Positions 57,037-64,000 of a stretch of DNA of 64,000 nt are shown here, piece after piece. The notes below the pieces were generated by a model, which saw nothing but the letters and a program-made list of their open reading frames with translations, made no database searches and had not been told where the DNA came from. The translations under genes and the position numbers were made by a program. The stretch comes from Thermoproteota archaeon. Its GTDB lineage: Archaea > Korarchaeota > Korarchaeia > Korarchaeales > Korarchaeaceae. Within the stretch, counting starts at the first letter, position 1. Every line of letters starts with the position of its first letter. Where the stretch lies: NCBI GenBank assembly GCA_027492205.1, contig JAOZFN010000009.1, positions 64,001 through 128,000 of the forward strand, in the 5' to 3' direction.

Positions 57037-57042
57037 AAAAAA
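57037..57042 (-). terminator. oligo-T terminator after the BMP gene
   Basis: CCCCC followed by T6 about 19 nt after the stop. Confidence 0.5.
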
Positions 57043-57060
57043 GGGGGAGAGATTTTTGGT

Positions 57061-58365
57061 TCAGCCGCCCAGGGCCGGCCCGACTACGTTGTCGACCCAC
57101 CACTGCATGGACCAGAGCTCGTCGTGGCCTAGCCTCTGGCCGGCCATGACCCTCAGCGTCCCCTGGTCGTCGTAGATGGGACCGGTGAAGGGATCGAAGA
57201 CCTCGTCGTTCACGAACACCCACCCGCTGCCTGTCCAGACCGCGCCCATCTGGATGAGCCTGGCCATCACGAGGGTGTAGACATCCGGGTTCTCGATTAC
57301 GGTGCCGTTGGGCAGCTGGATGGTCTCCTGGACCCTGACGGACTTGAGCTCGTTGATGAACTTGGGGTTGATCGGCTGGTTGAAGGCGCAGCCCAGCTCG
57401 ACGGAGCCCTCCTTCAGCTTCCACCAGTAGTCTACGTTCTGCAGGTTCTGGGTGTTGTAGGAACCGGAGTATATCTTGCTCAGGATGTCGTCGTAGATCA
57501 CCTCCCAGTGCACCAGCTGACCGCTGACGCAGACGTCGGGACCGTATTCAAGCATCGGGCTGTAGTGGCCGAAGGCGAGGACCCTCTCGCCCCTCTCGAA
57601 GTGCTCCTGGGCGACCTGGACGACGGTCGGCGAGTCCTCCGTGAATGCCAGCACGTCGACGCCCTCGGAGATCAGGGCCTCGGCGGCCTGCCTGGCCTTG
57701 GTCGGATCGTACCAGGCGCCTATCTCCCTGACGTAGACCTTGCAGTCGGGGCAGACCTCCTTGACGCCCAGCGCGAAGGCGTTGATGTGCCTCACCACCT
57801 CGGGGATCAGGTGCGCGGCGACGTAGCCGATCTTCTTGGTCTGTGTCAGGGCGCCGGCCATCAGGCCGTTCAGGTAGTAGACCTGGTAGAAGTCGGCGAA
57901 GTAGGTGCCCATGTTGGGAGCCCTCTTGTAGCCGGAGCAGTGCCAGAAGATCTTGTCGGGGTGCTTCTGGGCCTCCTCGAGGGTCGGATCCATGAAGTCG
58001 AAGCTTGTGGTGAAGATCACGTCGTAGCCCTTGCCGATCAGCTGCTCTATCACTCCGGCGCACTCGGCCGGGGCGACCGACTCCACGTGGGTGGTCTCCA
58101 GCCAGTCGTACTTCTGGTCGACCATCTCCTTAGCGGCGTGGTGAGCGTAAGTCCAACCGATGTCCCCGATCGGTCCAACGTAGATCCATGCCGCCTTGAT
58201 CTTCTTGGCTGGGGGTGCCTCGCACGGAGGGCAGGTTGCCGGGGCCGGGGTTTCGGTCGGACACGGGGGGCACTCCGCCGCGCCCTTCGGCGCCGCAAGG
58301 TACCCGATCGCCGCCCCGACTATGATGCCGACTATAACTAAGGCAGCCCACTGGGAGGAGGTCAT
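57061..58365 (-). CDS. BMP family (purine/nucleoside) ABC substrate-binding protein
   Basis: AAWIYVGPIGDIGWTYAH, IFTTSFDF, HCSGYK, IPEVVRHINAFALG, WYDP; N-terminal TM; ATG 58365 after GGAGG. Confidence 0.92.
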   Translation of the reverse strand: MTSSQWAALVIVGIIVGAAIGYLAAPKGAAECPPCPTETPAPATCPPCEAPPAKKIKAAWIYVGPIGDIGWTYAHHAAKEMVDQKYDWLETTHVESVAPAECAGVIEQLIGKGYDVIFTTSFDFMDPTLEEAQKHPDKIFWHCSGYKRAPNMGTYFADFYQVYYLNGLMAGALTQTKKIGYVAAHLIPEVVRHINAFALGVKEVCPDCKVYVREIGAWYDPTKARQAAEALISEGVDVLAFTEDSPTVVQVAQEHFERGERVLAFGHYSPMLEYGPDVCVSGQLVHWEVIYDDILSKIYSGSYNTQNLQNVDYWWKLKEGSVELGCAFNQPINPKFINELKSVRVQETIQLPNGTVIENPDVYTLVMARLIQMGAVWTGSGWVFVNDEVFDPFTGPIYDDQGTLRVMAGQRLGHDELWSMQWWVDNVVGPALGG

Positions 58366-58416
58366 GTCTATCCCTCCCACGGAGAGCGTGGGTGAGTTGA
58401 TTGCCGATTTGATGCC

Positions 58417-58430
58417 CATAAATTTTTCCC
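58417..58430 (-). promoter_or_regulatory. BRE plus TATA promoter of the BMP gene
   Basis: GGGAAAAA-TTTATG about 52 nt upstream of ATG 58365. Confidence 0.6.
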
Positions 58431-58433
58431 GGG

Positions 58434-58547
58434 AGTCGAAAAGCTAACCCCGCCGCCCGGGCGTTCGGCCGGGGGCGGCCAGCGACCCGTTATCGCGAGA
58501 TGGATAACGCAGTCGAAAAGCTAACCCCGCCGCCCGGGCGTTCGGCC
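58434..58547. repeat. perfect 37-nt direct repeat (58434-58470 and 58511-58547) with a 40-nt spacer
   Basis: agtcgaaaagctaaccccgccgcccgggcgttcggcc occurs twice; the spacer holds the inverted repeat cgttatc-N8-gataacg. Confidence 0.92.
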
Positions 58548-58735
58548 CGGTAAAACGGACGTCTTACCCGAGAAAAGCGGGCATCGCCCCCAAATTGTTA
58601 AAATATTGTATCCATAATCGTTCGTTGTCAACATTTTCAAGAAGACTGCGGCAGGCGCTGATCGATCATAGGGCGAGTTCCCGACCCACCGGGGGCCCGC
58701 CGGCCCGGCCTCAAATGAGGGGTGAGGGGGAGGGG

Positions 58736-59680
58736 CTACTTCTCTCCCCTCACGTAGGGCACTCCGAGTGCTGCCGGAGCCCCCATTCTCCTCCTCATGG
58801 TCTCCGTGGCGCCGGCGGTGAGAACTATCACCGTTAATAGGTACGGCACTCCGTTCAGGAGCCACTGGCTGTACCCGTAGGCCTGCAGGGTGTACCCCCC
58901 GGCCTCGACGACTCCAAACAGGTAGGCCCCGAATATTGCCCTCAGCGGGTTCCAGAGGGCGAATATCGTGAGCGCCAGCGCTATCCATCCCCTGCCAGCT
59001 GTCATGTTCTCTATCCAGGCCGGGCTGTAGGCCACCGACAGGTAGGCCCCGGCCATGCCGGCCAGGGCCCCTCCAAGGGCTGTGCAGGCGTACCTCACGA
59101 GGTAGACGTTAATTCCGAGGGCGTCGGCGGCGGCGGGGTTTTCGCCCGTTGACCTGATAACTATCCCCACCTTGGTCCTGTAGAGGACGAACCAGAGGAC
59201 GACGGCGATAACTATGCTGAGGTAGAATAGCGGCTCCTGGTCGAACAGGGCCTTACCCACCAACGGGAGCTTGACTAGGCCCTCCGAGAGGGGCTTTGGG
59301 AGGAACCTCGCCTTGACGGGTAGCTGATAGCCGACGTACTTTCTCCCGATCACGCTGCTCAGCCCGAGCCCGAACATCGTGAGGGCCAGGCCGGAGACGA
59401 CCTGATTGCCCCGGAGGTGGATGCTGATTACCCCGTGTATGAGGGACATTAGTAGGCCGACCGCCGTCGCCACGGCCACGCCCAGCCAGGGGTTGCCCGT
59501 GGTCAGTGCGGTGATGAAGGCGGATACCGCCCCCATTATCATCATGCCCTCGACGCCCAGGTTGAGTATTCCCGACCTCTCGGCGTAGATCTCGCCGAGA
59601 GAGGCCAGGAGGAGGGGGGTCGCCGATCTGAAACCGACCCACAGGATGTTCTCAACCACCGACAGGTCCATCCGCATCAC
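58736..59680 (-). CDS. nucleoside (CUT2-type) ABC permease
   Basis: TPLLLASLGEIYAERSGILNLGVEG, NQVVSG, GENPAAAD, GRGWIALA, PAALGVPY. Confidence 0.92.
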   Translation of the reverse strand: MMRMDLSVVENILWVGFRSATPLLLASLGEIYAERSGILNLGVEGMMIMGAVSAFITALTTGNPWLGVAVATAVGLLMSLIHGVISIHLRGNQVVSGLALTMFGLGLSSVIGRKYVGYQLPVKARFLPKPLSEGLVKLPLVGKALFDQEPLFYLSIVIAVVLWFVLYRTKVGIVIRSTGENPAAADALGINVYLVRYACTALGGALAGMAGAYLSVAYSPAWIENMTAGRGWIALALTIFALWNPLRAIFGAYLFGVVEAGGYTLQAYGYSQWLLNGVPYLLTVIVLTAGATETMRRRMGAPAALGVPYVRGEK

Positions 59681-60753
59681 CTCCTGAGCTGGATCCTGTA
59701 TCGTAGGAGGAAGTCACCGGCGAGGACGAAGAAGAGGACGGCTCCGTTGAACATGTCCACGACGCCGATCGGGAGCTTGTAGTCGATCATGATGTACTGG
59801 CCACCCACCAGGAGCCCTCCGAAGAGGAAGTTGGCGATCAGCAGGCCGATCGGGTTGACGCCGCCGAGCCAGGCCGTGATTATGCCCGTGAAGCCGTACC
59901 CCGAGAGGAACTCGGGCGTGAACCGATGCTGGATGCCCGCGAACTCCCCGACGCCCGCCAGCCCGGCTAGGCCGCCGCTTATGATCATGGCCAGGGTAAC
60001 GGTCCTCAGGTAGCTGATCCCGGCCGCCCTAGCGGCCTCGGGGTTGTCGCCCACAACCTTCATCTCGTAGCCAGCTGTCGTGTAGTTCAGAAACACGTAC
60101 ACCCCAACGGCGGCGAGTATGGAGAGGATTAGCGTGGGCCAGTGGATCCTGGTCTCCCCGATCACAGGCAGCCAGGCGTTCTTGGATATGATCTCTGTGT
60201 GCGCGAACCCCCCGTACGTGAGCTGACCGACCCTCTCCCTGGCCTTCCAAGGCCCGTGAATGAGGTGCTGGAAGACCCAGTAGATGACGTAATAGAGCAT
60301 CAGGGTTGATATGACGTCGTTCACGTTCAGCTTCGCCTTCAGGACCGCGGGCGGGATTCCCCAGGCCGCGCCGGCCGCGAACCCGACCAAGAACATGGAT
60401 GGTATGAGCGCGATGGACGACGCGTCCGGGAACGTCCTGGCCACCACGTAGGCCGCCATCGCCCCCACCAGGAGCTGACCCTCGGCCCCTATGTTCCAGA
60501 AGCCAGTCTTGAAAACCAGCGCGAGTCCGGCGCTGACGAGCAGGAGGGGCATCATTCTCACTATGGTCTCGGTGAGGCCGACCTTTGTGCCAAACGCGTT
60601 GAAGAAGATGGACCTGTAGACGTCAAGCGGGTTCACCCCATACGCGTAGAATATGACGGCCACCGCTAGCAGGGCCAACACGACGGATCCTATCCTGACG
60701 GCGAGGGCGAACCTTCTGGGCACAACCACGCGCTTCCGAACTATCACCCTCAT
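59677..60753 (-). CDS. nucleoside (CUT2-type) ABC permease
   Basis: FWNIGAEGQ, VISTLML, GDNPEAARAAGI, SGGLAGLAG, GYGFTGI..AWLG. Confidence 0.92.
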   Translation of the reverse strand: MRVIVRKRVVVPRRFALAVRIGSVVLALLAVAVIFYAYGVNPLDVYRSIFFNAFGTKVGLTETIVRMMPLLLVSAGLALVFKTGFWNIGAEGQLLVGAMAAYVVARTFPDASSIALIPSMFLVGFAAGAAWGIPPAVLKAKLNVNDVISTLMLYYVIYWVFQHLIHGPWKARERVGQLTYGGFAHTEIISKNAWLPVIGETRIHWPTLILSILAAVGVYVFLNYTTAGYEMKVVGDNPEAARAAGISYLRTVTLAMIISGGLAGLAGVGEFAGIQHRFTPEFLSGYGFTGIITAWLGGVNPIGLLIANFLFGGLLVGGQYIMIDYKLPIGVVDMFNGAVLFFVLAGDFLLRYRIQLRR

Positions 60754-62318
60754 GAGGCCATCTCCTCCCTGGCCAGCCTCCTGGCTCCGGCCATCATCAG
60801 CCCTATCTCCTCAATCGAGGCCTCTTCTGGCCTGACTATGCCGACGATTTCACCGTTGAACATCACCCCAACCCTGTCGCTGAGCTGGAGCACCTCCTCG
60901 AGGTCCTCGGAGATTAGGAGCACGGCGGCCCCTCTCTTCCTCTGTTCGAGCAGGATCCGGCGGATGTACTCGGTCGCACCGACGTCCAGCCCGTAGGTGG
61001 GGTGGGCGGCCACGATGAGCCTGGGCTCTTTGTGGAGTTCCCTGGCGCATATCAGCCTCTGGATGTTCCCCCCGGACAGGAGCTTCGCCGGGGTCAGGGG
61101 GCTTGGGGTCACTATGTCGAACTTGTTGATGAGCCTCTCAGCATCCTCGATCACCTTAGAGTGGTCCAGGAGCAGCCCCCTCCTGTAGGGCTCCTTGTAG
61201 TAGTCCTTGAGGATGAGGTTCTCGGCGACGCTCAGGTTGGGTACGATGCCGTGCCTCAGCCTCTCCTCCGGAATGTGGGCCACCCCCCTGGAGGCGATGA
61301 ACCTGGGCGACTTGTTTGTGACATCTACCCCGTCTATGAGTACTCGGCCCGCGGTGGCCTTCCTGAGTCCTACTACGACCTCCGCAAGCTCTCTCTGACC
61401 GTTCCCCGCGACCCCGGCTATGCCGAAGATCTCGCCCTCGTGGACCCTGAAGCTTACCCCCCTGACCGCGGGGAGCCCCCTGTCGTTCAGGGCGTGTAGG
61501 TTCTCCACCTCCAGGACGGGCTTACCCCTCGAGACGCGTTCCTTCTCCAACCTGAACAGGACTTCCCTGCCCACCATCATCCTCGCGAGCTCCTCCTTAG
61601 TCGTCTCGCTGGCCTTCAGGGTGCCTACGACCTTCCCCCTCCTCATGACAGTGACCCGGTCGGCGACCTCGAACACCTCGTCCAGCTTGTGCGTGATGAA
61701 GATTATGCCCTTGCCCTCGTCCCTCATCCTCTTGATGATCTTGAACAGCTCCCTCGTCTCCTGCGGGGTCAGCACCGACGTCGGCTCGTCGAGTATAAGT
61801 ATGTCGGCGCCGTGGTAGAGGGCCTTGATTATCTCGACCCTCTGCTGCTCGCCCGCGGAGAGCTGCCAGATGTAGGCGTCCGGATCGACCTTGAGCCCGT
61901 ACTTCTCGGCGAACTCCCTGAGCCTCTCCTTTATCTCCTTCAACGGGTTCAGCAGGCTCTCGGCGTACCCCAGGGCTATGTTCTCCGCCACCGTGTGCCG
62001 ATCCACGAGCATGAAGTGCTGGTGGACCATCCCTATCCCGAGGCTCATCGCGTCCCTGGGGCTCCTGATCTCGACCCTCCTGCCCCTGACGTAGATCTCG
62101 CCGCCGTCCGGGTAGTATATCCCATAGAGTATGTTCATCAGGGTGGTCTTCCCGGCGCCGTTCTCGCCGAGGAGGGCGTGTACCTCTCCGGGCCTCAGCT
62201 CGAAGTTGACGTGGTCGTTGGCCAGCACTCCGGGGAATCTCTTCACGATACTGACCATCTTAACGAGGAGGTCGGTTTCTCGGGGCTCGCTCGCCACGGC
62301 GGTAGCCTCAGAGGCCAA
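60750..62318 (-). CDS. nucleoside (CUT2-type) ABC ATPase with tandem NBDs
   Basis: ANDHVNF, GENGAGKTT, GMVHQHF, DEPTSVL, GVAGNGQ, LSGGNIQR, PTYGLDVG. Confidence 0.94.
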   Translation of the reverse strand: MASEATAVASEPRETDLLVKMVSIVKRFPGVLANDHVNFELRPGEVHALLGENGAGKTTLMNILYGIYYPDGGEIYVRGRRVEIRSPRDAMSLGIGMVHQHFMLVDRHTVAENIALGYAESLLNPLKEIKERLREFAEKYGLKVDPDAYIWQLSAGEQQRVEIIKALYHGADILILDEPTSVLTPQETRELFKIIKRMRDEGKGIIFITHKLDEVFEVADRVTVMRRGKVVGTLKASETTKEELARMMVGREVLFRLEKERVSRGKPVLEVENLHALNDRGLPAVRGVSFRVHEGEIFGIAGVAGNGQRELAEVVVGLRKATAGRVLIDGVDVTNKSPRFIASRGVAHIPEERLRHGIVPNLSVAENLILKDYYKEPYRRGLLLDHSKVIEDAERLINKFDIVTPSPLTPAKLLSGGNIQRLICARELHKEPRLIVAAHPTYGLDVGATEYIRRILLEQRKRGAAVLLISEDLEEVLQLSDRVGVMFNGEIVGIVRPEEASIEEIGLMMAGARRLAREEMAS

Positions 62319-62492
62319 GTTTCCCCCCGACCGCCTTTTTCGGGAACCATATTAATCTAACACTGGGGGGCGACCCGGCCAGCCCTAGAACGAGGTTAAT
62401 TCTCAAAACCAATTGCCCCACGAGTCGCTCCCCGTAGCCACCTTCGGACAGGGGCCAAACGTTCGGGTGCCTGTTATTAGAAAGGTCCTCCG

Positions 62493-63842
62493 ATGTCCCA
62501 CCAGCCGGAGGGGTGCGCGGTGATACTGTCGGGAAAGTGGGTTGTGACCTTTCAGGGGGGAGTCGACCTCGTAGAGGACGGGGCCGTCCTCGTCGAGGGC
62601 AGCGTGATCAAAGACGTGGGGCCCAAGGGGCGGATAGTCAAGGAGAACCCCGGTGAAGATGTGATCGAGTTCCCCAAATCGGTAATCATGCCAGGGCTGA
62701 TATGTGCCCACTGCCACGCATACGGCGCCTTCGCCAGGGGGATGCCGCTGAAGGTTGAACCCCCGACGAGGTTCGTGGAGATCCTGGAGAGGATATGGTG
62801 GCACCTTGACAAGAGGCTCACTCTGGACGACGTCTACTACAGCGGGCTGGTCACGGCGATAGAGGCCGTCAGGCACGGGACCACCACGGTGTTCGACCAT
62901 CACGCCAGCCCCTTCGCCATCACCGGCAGCTTGGAGAGGCTCGCCGAGGCGTTCAGGAAGGTCGGCGTCAGGGCCAACATAGCCTACGAGGTCTCGGACA
63001 GGGACGGTCTCGACAGAGCTGAGGAGGGGATCAGGGAGAACGTCGAGTTCATCAAGAGGCACCAGGGAGAAGAGTTCATCACTGGGAGCTTCGGCCTACA
63101 CGCCCAGCTCACCCTCTCGGACGAGACGCTCGAGAAGGTCGTCGAGGCGGCCAGGGGCCTTGACACTGGATTTCACATCCACGTGGCCGAGGGGATCGAG
63201 GATGTCTTCGACAGCCTCCAGAAGTCTGGGAGGAGGGTAGTCGAGAGGCTGTGGGCGGCGGGCATACTCGGCGAGAAGACCATAGCAGCACACTGCGTCC
63301 ACGTGAACGACAGGGAGATCAGGATTCTGAGGGACACTGGGACGAACGTGGTCCACAACCCCGAGTCCAACATGAACAACGCCGTGGGCGTGGCCCCAAT
63401 AGTCAGGATGATAGAGCTCGGCATCAGGCCCGCGCTGGGCACGGACGGCTTCACGATGGATGTGTTCAGGGAGTCAAAGGTCGCCTACATACTCCACAAG
63501 CTCCACATGGCGGACCCCAGGGTCATGGGGGCCGACAAGGTGGTGGAGATGCTGTTCCACAACAACTCCGAGCTGGCGGCCAAGTACTTCCCCAAGCCCC
63601 TCGGCAAGATCGTCCCGGGAGCGTTCGCCGACCTTGTGGTGCTGAGCTACAGGCCGTACACGCCCATGCACGAGGGGAACTTCCCGTGGCACTTCATATT
63701 CGGCATGGACGCCTCCCACGTTACGGACGTGTTGGTGGACGGGAAGTTCGTGGTGAGGAACGGAGAGCTCCTCACGGTAGACGAGGAGCAGATCTTTGAG
63801 GAGGCGCAGGAGCTGGCCCAGGCGCTTTGGGACCGGCTCTGA
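62493..63842 (+). CDS. ssnA: SsnA-like metal-dependent aminohydrolase
   Basis: MPGLICAHCHAY..FARG, WWHLD, GTTTVFDHHASP, YEVSDRDG, GLHA..TLS, HIHVAEG, HNPESNMNNAVG, GTDG; alternative GTG start 62520. Confidence 0.88.
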   Translation: MSHQPEGCAVILSGKWVVTFQGGVDLVEDGAVLVEGSVIKDVGPKGRIVKENPGEDVIEFPKSVIMPGLICAHCHAYGAFARGMPLKVEPPTRFVEILERIWWHLDKRLTLDDVYYSGLVTAIEAVRHGTTTVFDHHASPFAITGSLERLAEAFRKVGVRANIAYEVSDRDGLDRAEEGIRENVEFIKRHQGEEFITGSFGLHAQLTLSDETLEKVVEAARGLDTGFHIHVAEGIEDVFDSLQKSGRRVVERLWAAGILGEKTIAAHCVHVNDREIRILRDTGTNVVHNPESNMNNAVGVAPIVRMIELGIRPALGTDGFTMDVFRESKVAYILHKLHMADPRVMGADKVVEMLFHNNSELAAKYFPKPLGKIVPGAFADLVVLSYRPYTPMHEGNFPWHFIFGMDASHVTDVLVDGKFVVRNGELLTVDEEQIFEEAQELAQALWDRL

Positions 63843-63847
63843 GTGCC

Positions 63848-63852
63848 TTTTT
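63848..63852 (+). terminator. oligo-T terminator after ssnA
   Basis: CCTTTTTCTCTC 5 nt after the stop. Confidence 0.5.
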
Positions 63853-64000
63853 CTCTCAAAATCCCCCATTTCATCACCAATTTTTCTTGCCCGATGATGA
63901 GGATCGGTGGGCCGACTGCGACGAAACACGGTCTTCCAAGCTGGATTACAGCATTCTCGAACCCATCGACTTGCTCGGCGGCCACGACACCCAGCGGGCG

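Noticed and set aside
58434-58547. CRISPR interpretation of the 37-nt repeat / 40-nt spacer
   Set aside because: Only two units, no GAAA(C/G)-type repeat end in either orientation, a palindromic spacer, and no cas genes in the window. Kept as a repeat of unknown function.
39284-58633. Recurring TGTCA(A/C) in AT-rich intergenic regions (about 39286, 40463, 40542, 58626)
   Set aside because: Too short and non-palindromic to distinguish from chance by eye.
43510-63842. Selenocysteine recoding, since ygeY/ssnA clusters are selenium-linked in bacteria
   Set aside because: All island ORFs are full length with no internal TGA, and no selD/yqeB/yqeC genes are seen.
63893-64000. ATGATGA box-C-like motif and short open frames at the right edge
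   Set aside because: No terminal CTGA box D at the expected distance and no recognisable protein. Unresolvable without the next window.
1-64000. tRNA, rRNA, transposase, integrase or defence genes
   Set aside because: No T-loop GTTCRAATC in a cloverleaf context, no rRNA-like tract, no DDE/Y-recombinase motifs, and composition appears uniform. A tRNAscan/Infernal run would be needed to be certain.

Overview
Gene-dense chromosomal segment, GC-rich (roughly 60-65% by eye). It looks like an anaerobic, probably thermophilic archaeon: BRE/TATA promoters, oligo-T terminators, GGAGG/GGTGA Shine-Dalgarno motifs, many TTG/GTG starts, AOR, IOR, ADP-forming ACD and a KaiC-like ATPase. A TACK affinity is inference only. 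I found no rRNA, tRNA, transposase or bona fide CRISPR array. Left part (1-13.5 kb): housekeeping and metabolic genes (AlaX editing protein, saccharopine dehydrogenase-like, M20 peptidase, dolichol-kinase-like, PfkB kinase, P-type ATPase, uppS-pmm-NUDIX, FmdE, KaiC-like). Middle (13.8-28.5 kb): two complete Opp/Dpp ABC operons. At 29.8-32.7 kb there is an unannotated four-gene operon: a Zn-ribbon protein, two paralogous degenerate methyltransferase-fold proteins and a Rab-like small GTPase. This is followed by iorB-iorA-acdA. From about 37.9 to 63.8 kb lies a catabolic island: BMP-type nucleoside ABC importer, SsnA-like and allantoinase/hydantoinase-like amidohydrolases, YgeY-like M20 hydrolase, carbamate kinase, a PreA-like flavoprotein lacking the catalytic Cys loop, three paralogous AOR-family enzymes of an unusual QDGR type and two polyferredoxin subunits. 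Best candidates for undescribed biology: (1) an archaeal nucleobase-degradation pathway in which AOR-family enzymes stand where Mo xanthine dehydrogenases are expected; (2) the Rab-like GTPase/pseudo-methyltransferase operon; (3) three genes that appear to need non-canonical CTG/ATC start codons; (4) a perfect 37-nt duplicated element next to the promoter of the nucleoside-binding protein. All family assignments come from motif recognition by eye; no database search was run.
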